Assembly (NCBI GenBank): GCA_002938035.1
Contig: PTLH01000002.1
Coordinates: 1-57,143 of the forward strand
Direction: 5' to 3'
From: Alphaproteobacteria bacterium MarineAlpha3_Bin6
GTDB lineage: Bacteria; Pseudomonadota; Alphaproteobacteria; Rhodospirillales; UBA2165
DNA: 57,143 nt
The stretch's first letter is position 1. Every line of letters begins with the position of its first letter. This document shows, piece by piece, positions 8,497 to 17,299 of this stretch. The position numbers and the translations under genes are program-made. The notes beneath the pieces are model-generated. The model did no database searches. It was not told the origin of the DNA and saw nothing but the letters and a program-made list of their open reading frames with translations.

Positions 8497-11412
8497 TCAC
8501 AATGCCGTGTCGACAATCTGTGACAGATGAACTGCCTTCTTTCCAGCAAGATCATTAAACTGATGTCGGCAGCTCGTGCCATTAGCAACAATAACAACGT
8601 TTTTGCTGGCACCTCGAATATGAGGTAAGGGACCAACATTGCCAATTTTTTTGGACATCTCGTAATGTTCCGCCTCATAACCGAATGAACCGGCCATACC
8701 ACAGCAGCCGCCGGGAACTGGTTTAACCTCTATCCCTGGAATTTTTTCGAGAACACGTTCAATGTCGGAGGTCAGGCCAAATGCCTTCTCGTGGCAATGC
8801 CCATGATACATTACTTGGTCAAACTTTAGGTCTCGCGGTTGCAACGAATTAGGTTTCTCATCCAAATTATTAGCTATGAATTCATGGAACATAAGAGCTG
8901 ATTGTTCGAGCCCGCTGATTTCGTCTTTAGAAAACAATACCTTAAACTCGTCACGAAGGGTCAACAAACAAGATGGCTCCAAGCCGATGATCGGAAGGTG
9001 TAATTGCAGTGCCGGTCGGATCGCTTCGATAAGCCTCTTAGCCTCTTTTCGAGCCTCTTCAATCATGCCCACGGAAAGGAAAGTACGTCCACAACATAGA
9101 GGTCGTTGATCATCTGGAAGAGAGAGATCAATTACTTCGTATTCGAGTTTTTTCAGGACGCTTTCAGCTGCACGCGCATTCTCCGGTTCGAACCATCGAT
9201 TGAAGCAATCTACAAATAGATAAGCTGACCGTTCTGTCGGAACGTTTGGTGTCTTTAATCCAAAATACGGTTTTCTATGCCAATGCGGGAGGGAACGGTG
9301 ACGGCTAAATCCAGTGATAGCCTCCCGAATGAAGCCGGTTCCCGGAATGCGCTCAAAGCCGTTCAATACTTGCCCAAATTTTGAAGCGGTGGGAGCGTAG
9401 CGGGGTAGATGGGCGATCAGCTTGTTGCGCAAAGATTGGCCATGACGAGAATTGTAGTGATGGAGAAATTCAAGTTTGAGCCGCGACATATCAACGCCTG
9501 TAGGACATTCCCGTCGGCACCCCTTGCAGCTGACGCAAAGGTCCATTGTTTCCTTCATCATGTCAGAGACAAGGGCGTCTTTTCCCAATTGGCCAGACAA
9601 CGCTAGTCGCAGGGTATTTGCACGACCGCGGGTTAGGTGTACCTCGTCACGGGTGGCCCGGTAAGACGGACACATCACCCCTACCTCCGATTTTCGGCAA
9701 TGACCGTTGTTATTACACATTTCAGAAGCTCTCAGAAATCCGCCAAATTCAGACCAGTCTAAAGCTTCAACAAGGCTCCCGGGTTTGTAATCCGGCCCAA
9801 ACCGAAAGAGGGAACGTTCATCCATTCTCGGGGGATCAACGATTTTTCCGGGATTTAACATGTGGTCGGGATCAAATGCCTCTTTGATTTCTTTAAACGC
9901 CTGGGTGAGCCTCGGACCATAAAATTTTTCTATAAATTCAGATCGAACCAATCCATCGCCATGCTCTCCCGAGAAGGCACCCTTTAATTCTTTAACCGTG
10001 GCACAAGCAACCTCAGCGATCTCGCGCATTTTTATGGCATGTTTGGGGTCTTTCATATTGAGCACAGGTCGGACGTGAAGCGTTCCGACCGACGCGTGTG
10101 CATACCACGTCCCCTGTACCCCATGCCGATCAAATTCCTCGTTAAGGCGGTCCGTGTAGTCCGCCAAATGTTCCAAGGGTACTGCGCAATCCTCGATAAA
10201 TGATACGGGCTTACCATCTCCTCTCATTGCCATGAGGATATTGAGACCCGATTTTCGGACTTCCCATACCTCTGCTTGGAACCCAGGGTCTAGGGCATTG
10301 ATAATCTCGACGGAGGAATTTAAGTCTCTCAATAATTCGTGCAAATGGGTGAGTTTTTCGAGGAGAGGTTGTTCTTCGTCACCGGAGAATTCCACTAGTA
10401 ATATTGCTGCCGGATTTCCTTTCAAAAATTGGTCGATAGCCGGGCGAAAGACCGGGTTCTCGTTGGCAAGGTCTATCATTGTTCTGTCTACCAGTTCGAC
10501 AGCCGACGCATCCAGTTGGACTATGCCGGGTACGGTTTCCATAGCGGAGCGGAGCGTTGGAAAAAGGCAAATACCCAGAACGCGGTGTAATGGAATAGAT
10601 TGTAGGGGTAATTTAATTTTTTGAAAATATGCAAGGGTGCCCTCCGATCCGACCAGCAGTTGGGCTAAATTGTGCCCCTCAGGTTTGATAGTGTTGATAT
10701 TGTAACCACCGACATTGCGAAGTAAGTTGGGGTATCTGTAGTCAATCTCCTCACTTTCACGAGCCGCAATTTTCCTCAATGTACCGATAATATCGAGATA
10801 GGATCTCGGACCACCAATGTCTTCCAAGTTTCCCGAAACTTGACCGAAATGAGCCTTTGTTCCATCTGCCAGAATTGCGTCTATCTCCAGCACATTGTGA
10901 ACCATATTTCCGTAGCGGATGGAGCGAGACCCACAAGCGTTGTTACCCGCCATGCCCCCGATTGTAGCTCGACTACCGGTTGAGATATCGACGGGGAAAA
11001 AAAGTTTATGAGGCTTCAGCATTCTATTAAGGTCATCGAGTACGACCCCAGGTTCCACCTCGATGGTCTTAGTTTCCGCGTCAAATTCAAGAATTCTGTT
11101 AAGCTGTTTGCTGGTATCAATGATTAATGCCTCGCCAAGAACTTGGCCGCATTGAGATGTGCCACCACCTCTAGGCAGGATAGGAATACCTTCATCTTTA
11201 GCTATGTTGATTGTCCGTTCGACATCAGCATTGGACATCGGAACAACAGTACCGATTGGCTCTATTTGATAGATCGACGCGTCGGTAGAATACCGCCCCC
11301 GGCTGAATTTATCGAACAAGACATTTCCTTCGAGTTCTTTATTCAACCTGGCGGCAAGCTTGGGATCTCCAACACGTATTTTGCCATCTGTTCTTAGGGA
11401 GTGTTTTCGCAA
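8497..11412 (-). CDS. FAD-binding (GlcD-like) plus Fe-S/CCG-domain (GlcF-like) fusion oxidoreductase, YdiJ-like 2-hydroxyacid dehydrogenase family
   Basis: 971 aa. N-terminal FAD-binding PCMH domain (PRGGGTSQCGQ). Central 4Fe-4S motifs CNNNGHCRKSEVGVMCPS and CVSCKGCRRECPTG. C-terminal Cys-rich CCG-type region (PLCCGR, GGCCGMAG). TTG start with GGAG 5 nt upstream. Confidence 0.85.
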   Translation of the reverse strand: MRKHSLRTDGKIRVGDPKLAARLNKELEGNVLFDKFSRGRYSTDASIYQIEPIGTVVPMSNADVERTINIAKDEGIPILPRGGGTSQCGQVLGEALIIDTSKQLNRILEFDAETKTIEVEPGVVLDDLNRMLKPHKLFFPVDISTGSRATIGGMAGNNACGSRSIRYGNMVHNVLEIDAILADGTKAHFGQVSGNLEDIGGPRSYLDIIGTLRKIAARESEEIDYRYPNLLRNVGGYNINTIKPEGHNLAQLLVGSEGTLAYFQKIKLPLQSIPLHRVLGICLFPTLRSAMETVPGIVQLDASAVELVDRTMIDLANENPVFRPAIDQFLKGNPAAILLVEFSGDEEQPLLEKLTHLHELLRDLNSSVEIINALDPGFQAEVWEVRKSGLNILMAMRGDGKPVSFIEDCAVPLEHLADYTDRLNEEFDRHGVQGTWYAHASVGTLHVRPVLNMKDPKHAIKMREIAEVACATVKELKGAFSGEHGDGLVRSEFIEKFYGPRLTQAFKEIKEAFDPDHMLNPGKIVDPPRMDERSLFRFGPDYKPGSLVEALDWSEFGGFLRASEMCNNNGHCRKSEVGVMCPSYRATRDEVHLTRGRANTLRLALSGQLGKDALVSDMMKETMDLCVSCKGCRRECPTGVDMSRLKLEFLHHYNSRHGQSLRNKLIAHLPRYAPTASKFGQVLNGFERIPGTGFIREAITGFSRHRSLPHWHRKPYFGLKTPNVPTERSAYLFVDCFNRWFEPENARAAESVLKKLEYEVIDLSLPDDQRPLCCGRTFLSVGMIEEARKEAKRLIEAIRPALQLHLPIIGLEPSCLLTLRDEFKVLFSKDEISGLEQSALMFHEFIANNLDEKPNSLQPRDLKFDQVMYHGHCHEKAFGLTSDIERVLEKIPGIEVKPVPGGCCGMAGSFGYEAEHYEMSKKIGNVGPLPHIRGASKNVVIVANGTSCRHQFNDLAGKKAVHLSQIVDTAL

Positions 11413-11589
11413 ATGCGCTCCAATTTAACTAGGTGCCAGGGAGTGCTGTATTTCATGATACGTTTGAAACAAAAATAAGACCAAATTAACCTGCCCCAGT
11501 TATTAGTCCAACATTATTGATAGAGGTTGAAGCAATCGAGGGTGTTTCTAATAAAACTCATGATGATTGACTGCAGGTAGCGTCACTAT

Positions 11590-12636
11590 CTACTTCACGT
11601 TTATGTGGGGGACACCTTTTTCCAAATTTCCGATGATGGCGGCGTATTCATACTTCTGTTCGTGGAATAGGGAGAGTATCTTGTCCGCTTGATTTGGGGG
11701 GCAGCTGACGAGCAAACCGCCCGATGTCTGTGGGTCAGTAATTAGGTTTTTCTGCCACTCTTCTAAAACGTTGGTTAAAGTGACGTCATCGCCAAAGCTA
11801 TCCCAGTTTCGATTACCTGCACCTGTACTGAAACCTCTTTGTGCGTAGTTAATAGCACTCGGGAGGATAGGAAGTTGATCCCAATATAGGGTGGCAGATA
11901 GGTTCGATCCGCTGCAGACTTCCAGTAAATGCCCAACGAGACCGAAGCCCGTAACGTCGGTAACTGCGTGAACACCCGGGATTTCAGAGAGTTCATTTCC
12001 TATTGAATTGAGCTTAACTGCACTCTTTATTAACTCCCCGTAGCCGATATTATCTAATTGGTCATTATTTAAAGCTGCCCCCAGAATTCCTACACCGAGA
12101 CCCTTTCCCAGGATCAAAACGTCGCCGTCTTTGGCGGCGTTATTTCGTTTTATCTTATCCGGGTGCACAAGACCGACTACAGCAAGGCCATAAATTGGTT
12201 CAGGAGCATCGATCGTGTGTCCTCCGGCTATAGGCACACCGGCGTCAGCACAGACCTGGTTTCCTCCGGCTAGTGTATTCTGTACTTGTTCGACAGTCAT
12301 TTTATCCATGGGGAAGCCGGCAATTGCCAGAGCCATAATCGGCTTACCTCCAATAGCGTAAACATCAGACAGGGCATTAGCGGCGGCAATACGACCGTAG
12401 TCAAAAGGGTCATCGACGATTGGCATAAAGAAGTCTGTCGTCGCGATTACACCTTGTTCCCCATTAATCTTATATACTGCGGCGTCATCGCCCGTTTCAT
12501 ATCCGACTAACAATGAAGGGTTCGCCGCTTGAGCCGGCAGTTTTGATAATAATTCAGTTAGCACCGACGGTGCTATTTTACACCCTCAACCGCCGCCATG
12601 TGACAGTTGGGTTAATCGAACCGGTTTCTTTTTCAT
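11590..12636 (-). CDS. selD: selenide, water dikinase (selenophosphate synthetase), selenocysteine-containing form (Sec17 encoded by in-frame TGA)
   Basis: The ORF track gives only 11590..12564 (GTG start, MLTELLSK...). Same-frame reading from ATG 12636 gives [34 protein letters not shown]. This restores the conserved SelD N-terminal motif LTxxSHGxG(C/U)GCK. GGAAGAGG lies 5 nt upstream of ATG 12636. The body carries AIR-synthase-like SelD motifs (GDDAAVY, DFFMPIVDDPFDYGRIAAANALSDVYAIGGKP). Confidence 0.85.
12559..12575 (-). promoter_or_regulatory. candidate bacterial SECIS stem-loop
   Basis: Minus strand reads UAGCACC-GUC-GGUGCUA, a perfect 7-bp stem (or 6 bp with loop CGUCG). It starts after a 10-nt spacer downstream of the UGA, and the apical loop contains GU. 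Confidence 0.6.
12586..12588 (-). other. in-frame UGA recoded as selenocysteine (codon 17 of selD)
   Basis: Plus-strand tca at 12586..12588 is TGA on the minus strand, in the selD frame. It sits exactly where SelD homologues carry the catalytic Cys or Sec. Confidence 0.8.
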
Positions 12637-12708
12637 TAAACCTCTTCCTGTTTCCTTAGCTTCTAGAAGTATATAGCTTGTTTTAGAAACCAGATAAAAT
12701 ATTTTGCT

Positions 12709-13761
12709 CTACTTAATTTGCGGCATGACCTTATTGGAAAAAAGCCGCATGGAGTTTTCGGCGTCTCTTACATTGATGTCGTTGAAGTTAACCTGCAGGG
12801 AGGCGATGTCAAAACCTCCGGTAGCTTCCTGGTATTCATTGATCTGCTCCACTAATCGCTCAGGCGAGCCGATGAAGGCGGCCGATTTCTCAATTTGGCT
12901 GTCAGCTGTTTCCTTGGATAGAGTTTCAATAATTTTGTCATAACCTGGATAATCATGGGAACTGCTGCCTGTTAGCCACATCGATGCAGCGTTCACCAAA
13001 GATTTCAGATACCGATTTAGTGGTTCTCTGGCGATTTCCAGGGCGGTGTCATGAACCTCATGACAAAACATGTGGTGGGCTAACATTACCTTACCGCGAC
13101 CTTCATGGCCCGCATTTTTCCAGGCTTCTCGATAGATCTTGATAAGTTCGTTCATCTTGCCGCCGGGAAGCGGAATTGCCATCAAATTGAAGCCGCTCTT
13201 ACCTGCAAACTCGAAACTTTCCGGGGTGATAAGTGCGGCAACCCAAAAAGGCGGCCGTGGTTTTTGAGTGGGGCGCGGTAAAGCTGTGACATTACTAAAA
13301 CTGTGGAACTCCCCTTTGTTTGTAACGTTCTCATTCTCGAGTAGCTGTCGAACTTGTTCCATTCCCTCAAAAAAACGTGCCTTTGATTCATCTAAACTGC
13401 GGTCGAACGCTTGAAACTCAACAGGCAGGAAAGCGCGGGCAAATCCGCATTCAAGACGTCCCTCTGAAATTGCGTCAAGCATGCCGATCTCACCTGCGAT
13501 TTTCAAAGGGTGATTGAAAATAGGTAGAACGGCCCCTGTAATCAGTCGGGCCTTTTGGCAGCGCATGGCTGCGGCTGTTAAAAATATATGAGGAGCTGGA
13601 GAGTATCCCCCGTAGACCTGAAAGTGATGTTCTACCGTACGAATGTGGGTATATTCCAGCTCATCTGCGAGGGCCGTTAGTTGGAGACATTCTCGCCAAT
13701 AGACGTCGGCGGCCTTGATTTCCGGCCCTATGTCCGGGAAAAATTGTAAACCGAATTCCAT
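12709..13761 (-). CDS. LLM-class (luciferase-like) flavin-dependent oxidoreductase
   Basis: 350 aa. N-terminus MEFGLQFFP and overall bacterial-luciferase-family layout (TIM barrel, GRLECGFARAF). Lies 72 nt upstream of selD on the same strand. Confidence 0.8.
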   Translation of the reverse strand: MEFGLQFFPDIGPEIKAADVYWRECLQLTALADELEYTHIRTVEHHFQVYGGYSPAPHIFLTAAAMRCQKARLITGAVLPIFNHPLKIAGEIGMLDAISEGRLECGFARAFLPVEFQAFDRSLDESKARFFEGMEQVRQLLENENVTNKGEFHSFSNVTALPRPTQKPRPPFWVAALITPESFEFAGKSGFNLMAIPLPGGKMNELIKIYREAWKNAGHEGRGKVMLAHHMFCHEVHDTALEIAREPLNRYLKSLVNAASMWLTGSSSHDYPGYDKIIETLSKETADSQIEKSAAFIGSPERLVEQINEYQEATGGFDIASLQVNFNDINVRDAENSMRLFSNKVMPQIK

Positions 13762-13909
13762 GTTACATTCTGGCTCAATGCTTTATGTTCTAATAAAAAT
13801 TAGACATATATTCGAACAACAGGGCCTGCAAGCATCATCTTGAGAAACCCAAACATAGAGTTCAAATTATGAAAGTTAAGTTTTCAATTTATACGTGGAG
13901 TAAGACAAC

Positions 13910-14926
13910 ATGAAAGCCATGGTATTGGAACGGCCAAACCTGATGGCATTAAAGATGGTAGAGGATCTCCACCCAAAAGTAGGGGAAGTTTTGATAAAAA
14001 CTACTCACGCGGGGATTTGTGGAACAGATACTAAAATTTATGAAGGTAAAATTCCGGCAAACTATCCCCTGGTAATGGGTCACGAAATTGTAGGTGAGGT
14101 TATCGATGGTGATACAAATGGTTTTGCAAAACCAGGGGCTAGAGTATTAGTGGACCCAGTCCTCTATTGCGGAACATGCTTTCATTGTAAACAGGGTGAT
14201 ACTAACCTTTGTCCTAATGGTGGCATTATGGGAAGAGAGGTTAATGGAGGGTTTGCCGATTACTGTATTGCTAAAACTTCCCACATTTATCCGTTACCAG
14301 ACGAACTAGACAGTAAGACGGGTGCTGCCATTCAGGTCCTCACTACCGTCCTGCATGCCCAAAATAAAGGCAACTTGGCGAAAGGGGATGCCGTCATCGT
14401 TTCTGGTTTAGGTGTAACTGGCCTAATGCACATACAATTGGCCAAAGCACGCGGTGCTAAAGTGGTGGTTGGTACTTCCCGTAATGCGCATAAGCGTGAA
14501 ATGGCTCTAGCATTGGGGGCTGATTATGCCGTTGGCCACGGGGAAGAGGCAAAAAAGACCATACTAGAAGCGACAAAAGGCATTGGCGCCGACATGGTAA
14601 TCGAATGCGTCGGTAATTTATCGATGTTAGCTGAGGCAGTAGATTTGGCTCGGTTGGGAGGTAAGATTGTTCCCTTTGGGATTTATCCCTCGGGACAGGC
14701 AGAGCTACCATTCTATGACTTCTACTTTAAAGAGTTACAAATCATTAATGTACGAGCGGCAAAAGGCCACGACTTTAGTGCATGTATAGATCTGGTCAGT
14801 AGGGGTGAGGTTGATTTGGCACCTCTCATAACGCACACTCTCCCCTACACAGAGCTCAACAGTGCTATCCGCATGTTAATGGAGCCTAGTGACGAGCGGA
14901 TTAAAGTAATTCTTGAAGCCGCTTAG
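13910..14926 (+). CDS. zinc-dependent alcohol/polyol dehydrogenase (MDR family, threonine/sorbitol dehydrogenase-like)
   Basis: Catalytic Zn motif GICGTD...GHEIVGEV, structural Zn cysteines CGTCFHCKQGDTNLC, Rossmann motif SGLGVTG. Confidence 0.85.
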   Translation: MKAMVLERPNLMALKMVEDLHPKVGEVLIKTTHAGICGTDTKIYEGKIPANYPLVMGHEIVGEVIDGDTNGFAKPGARVLVDPVLYCGTCFHCKQGDTNLCPNGGIMGREVNGGFADYCIAKTSHIYPLPDELDSKTGAAIQVLTTVLHAQNKGNLAKGDAVIVSGLGVTGLMHIQLAKARGAKVVVGTSRNAHKREMALALGADYAVGHGEEAKKTILEATKGIGADMVIECVGNLSMLAEAVDLARLGGKIVPFGIYPSGQAELPFYDFYFKELQIINVRAAKGHDFSACIDLVSRGEVDLAPLITHTLPYTELNSAIRMLMEPSDERIKVILEAA

Positions 14927-14934
14927 GCCTAAAT

Positions 14935-15966
14935 TTACTGAATGAGTATAGCTGCTCTTCCGGTTACTTCACCGTTCTCTACACGTTCATGAATTGCTTC
15001 GGCTTCTTCCATCGGGCGAATATCGGTGACGATGGGCCATAACTCGCCGCGTGCGACCAGGTCATATGTTTCAAGAATCTCTATCCTGGTTGCATATCTG
15101 CTACCAAGTAAATCTTGCTCTTTAAGTAACATTTCAAGTGCGTTGGCTTGAAAGGTTCCGCCTGCGCCACCCAATGTTACCATTCTACCGTGGCGACCCA
15201 ATGATGCAGCGGCAGCTTCTAAAGTGGTAGATGAGGAAACGTAATCAATAGCTACATCGACGCCTTTACCATTAGTAAAATCCATCAGGGCCTCTACCAC
15301 GTCGCTTTCTTGAGGGTTGATTACCTCTTCTGCGCCGGCATCCCTACACGCCTGAAACTTGCTTTTAGCTATGTCAACTGCAATCACTCGGGCATTAGCC
15401 CATTTTGCTAACATCAGTTGATGAATTCCAACGCCCCCTCCGGCACCAAATACAGCGACCGTTTCACCAGGCCGAACCCTTGCTCGCTTTAGCACTTTGT
15501 ACGGGGTTGTAAGTGCGTCCATAGTGACCCCCATCTCGGCTGGATGGTTCCTATAATCAATGGCGTCGGGGAACTTAACAAATAAATGCGCGGGTAGTTT
15601 AATATACTCAGCATATCCGCCATCACATTCGCGTCCTACATTTCCCAGGCAGTTTTCGCATAAAGGTTCGAAGCCCGATAGGCACCAACGACAGTGGCCA
15701 CAATTGATGTAATAGTAAGATGTTACACCATCACCGATTTCTAGTCCGGACACGCCAGAACCCACTTCAACAATTTCCGCAGATATTTCGTGCCCAATTA
15801 TGCGGGGAAAATCGGCTGACATACGGCCAGCTTTGACGTGCTGGATTGTTAGACCTGAACCACAAGCAAATACCTTTGCTATTGCCTCTCCTGGTCCGGC
15901 AATTGGATCTGGTATCTCGGTAATTTCAAATGGTTGGTCGGGGCCGTTGAGCACCAATGCTTTCAT
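14935..15966 (-). CDS. zinc-binding alcohol dehydrogenase family protein (MDR)
   Basis: GHEISAEIVEVG, structural Zn site CGHCRWCLSGFEPLCENC, Rossmann motif FGAGGGVG. Confidence 0.85.
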   Translation of the reverse strand: MKALVLNGPDQPFEITEIPDPIAGPGEAIAKVFACGSGLTIQHVKAGRMSADFPRIIGHEISAEIVEVGSGVSGLEIGDGVTSYYYINCGHCRWCLSGFEPLCENCLGNVGRECDGGYAEYIKLPAHLFVKFPDAIDYRNHPAEMGVTMDALTTPYKVLKRARVRPGETVAVFGAGGGVGIHQLMLAKWANARVIAVDIAKSKFQACRDAGAEEVINPQESDVVEALMDFTNGKGVDVAIDYVSSSTTLEAAAASLGRHGRMVTLGGAGGTFQANALEMLLKEQDLLGSRYATRIEILETYDLVARGELWPIVTDIRPMEEAEAIHERVENGEVTGRAAILIQ

Positions 15967-15975
15967 AAAACATCC

Positions 15976-17172
15976 TCATTCATAGTCTGGCATACCGTAC
16001 ATAAAATTCGCGGCTTTTAAAAATAAAGTTCTGTTAACACCATCGGAATGGAGAAAAGCGGCGGCATCTCTGACGAGCTTTTCCACACCAAATTCCTTCA
16101 TGTAACCGTGACCACCATGTATCTCCAGCGTCCATGTTGCGATCTTCCAGGCGGCTTGTGATGCCATCGCTTTGGGGAGAGCACCTAGGGTTTCATCCCA
16201 ACCGTGTTCTTGGTTATCGGCAAGCCAGCAGGCGCGATGAATGTATGAACGGGATGCATCTATTAGCATGCGCATTTCTGCAAGTTGAGCCCGGATCCCA
16301 TCGTGTTCAATTAAAGGTTTTCCGCCCTGCACTCGAATTTTGGCCCATTCCTCGGCCTTTGCATAGCAGGCTTCAGCGACGCCAGTTATGCTAGCCCCTG
16401 CATAGGCGTTGGATTGTGGGAAGAATTTTGCGAGGACGCTAAATCCTTTTCCAACTTCACCTACAACGTTTTCATCTGGAATAAAACAATCTTGAAAAAC
16501 TAATTCTGCATTATTGGCGAGGCGTTCACCCATTTTGTCATGTACATGACCAATCGTAAATCCATCGCGGTCTCGTTCCAATAGGAAGCAGGTGCTACCC
16601 TCTGCCAAGCCCACGCCTTTTTCTGTTTGTACGAATAAAAGATAAAAGCCTGATCTGTTGCCATTTGAGATGAAGTGCTTCATGCCGTTGACGATCCAAC
16701 CACCTTCGCTTTTTTCGGCGGTTGTACGGAAAGGCGACGGGTAGGGAAGAAAATAATTGGAGGCGTTATCCGGTTCTGTAATACCAATGGCAAGGCAGCA
16801 TCGAGGGTCACCGATAAATTTATCTAAAACTCGTTCTTTTTGCTCATCATTCAGTGCTTTCTCCATAATTTGAGCCAATTTCAAGGTTTGTGCTAATACA
16901 ACTGAAATCCCCAGATCTCCTTTAGCAAGCTCTTCTACTACCATTGCGGTTGTCAAAGAATCGGCTCCCAAACCTCCGTAGTCCTCTGATAAGGTCATCG
17001 TCCGTAAGCCAAGCTTATCGGCCGCTTCAATTATCTCCCAGGAAAAACTTTCTTCGGGGTCTTGATTGGCATCCAGTTCTGCAGAACGGGGTCGTATTTC
17101 GTCATCTACAAAGCGACTCACCGTGTCAAGAATGGCTCGCTGTTCCTCTGTTTGGATGAATATTTCATGCAT
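15976..17172 (-). CDS. acyl-CoA dehydrogenase family protein
   Basis: 398 aa with the three-domain ACAD layout (TEPDNASN, WIVNGMKHFISNG, C-terminal helical domain with GGHGYM). Lies 9 nt upstream of the ADH on the same strand. Confidence 0.85.
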   Translation of the reverse strand: MHEIFIQTEEQRAILDTVSRFVDDEIRPRSAELDANQDPEESFSWEIIEAADKLGLRTMTLSEDYGGLGADSLTTAMVVEELAKGDLGISVVLAQTLKLAQIMEKALNDEQKERVLDKFIGDPRCCLAIGITEPDNASNYFLPYPSPFRTTAEKSEGGWIVNGMKHFISNGNRSGFYLLFVQTEKGVGLAEGSTCFLLERDRDGFTIGHVHDKMGERLANNAELVFQDCFIPDENVVGEVGKGFSVLAKFFPQSNAYAGASITGVAEACYAKAEEWAKIRVQGGKPLIEHDGIRAQLAEMRMLIDASRSYIHRACWLADNQEHGWDETLGALPKAMASQAAWKIATWTLEIHGGHGYMKEFGVEKLVRDAAAFLHSDGVNRTLFLKAANFMYGMPDYE

Positions 17173-17299
17173 ATGTTCAGTTCCACTGATGCGTCAATTT
17201 TCTGTTCTATAGCGTTTTGTTTTACCTTATCGAAAAATATTGGGCGTCTGGCTTCGATTCTTAATAGAGTGCGGGGTCATGATCAAATTCAGAGTTTTT

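Noticed and set aside
11420-11440. Sigma-54-like CTGGCAC upstream of the FAD/Fe-S oxidase gene (minus strand)
   Set aside because: The -12 position reads TTAA instead of TTGC. Without the GC dinucleotide at the correct spacing it is not a credible RpoN promoter.
11590-12564. GTG 12564 as the selD start, as implied by the ORF track
   Set aside because: It would delete the conserved catalytic N-terminal motif. The upstream 72 nt are in frame and encode that motif with TGA at the Cys/Sec position. The GTG also lies inside the 3' arm of the SECIS-like hairpin.
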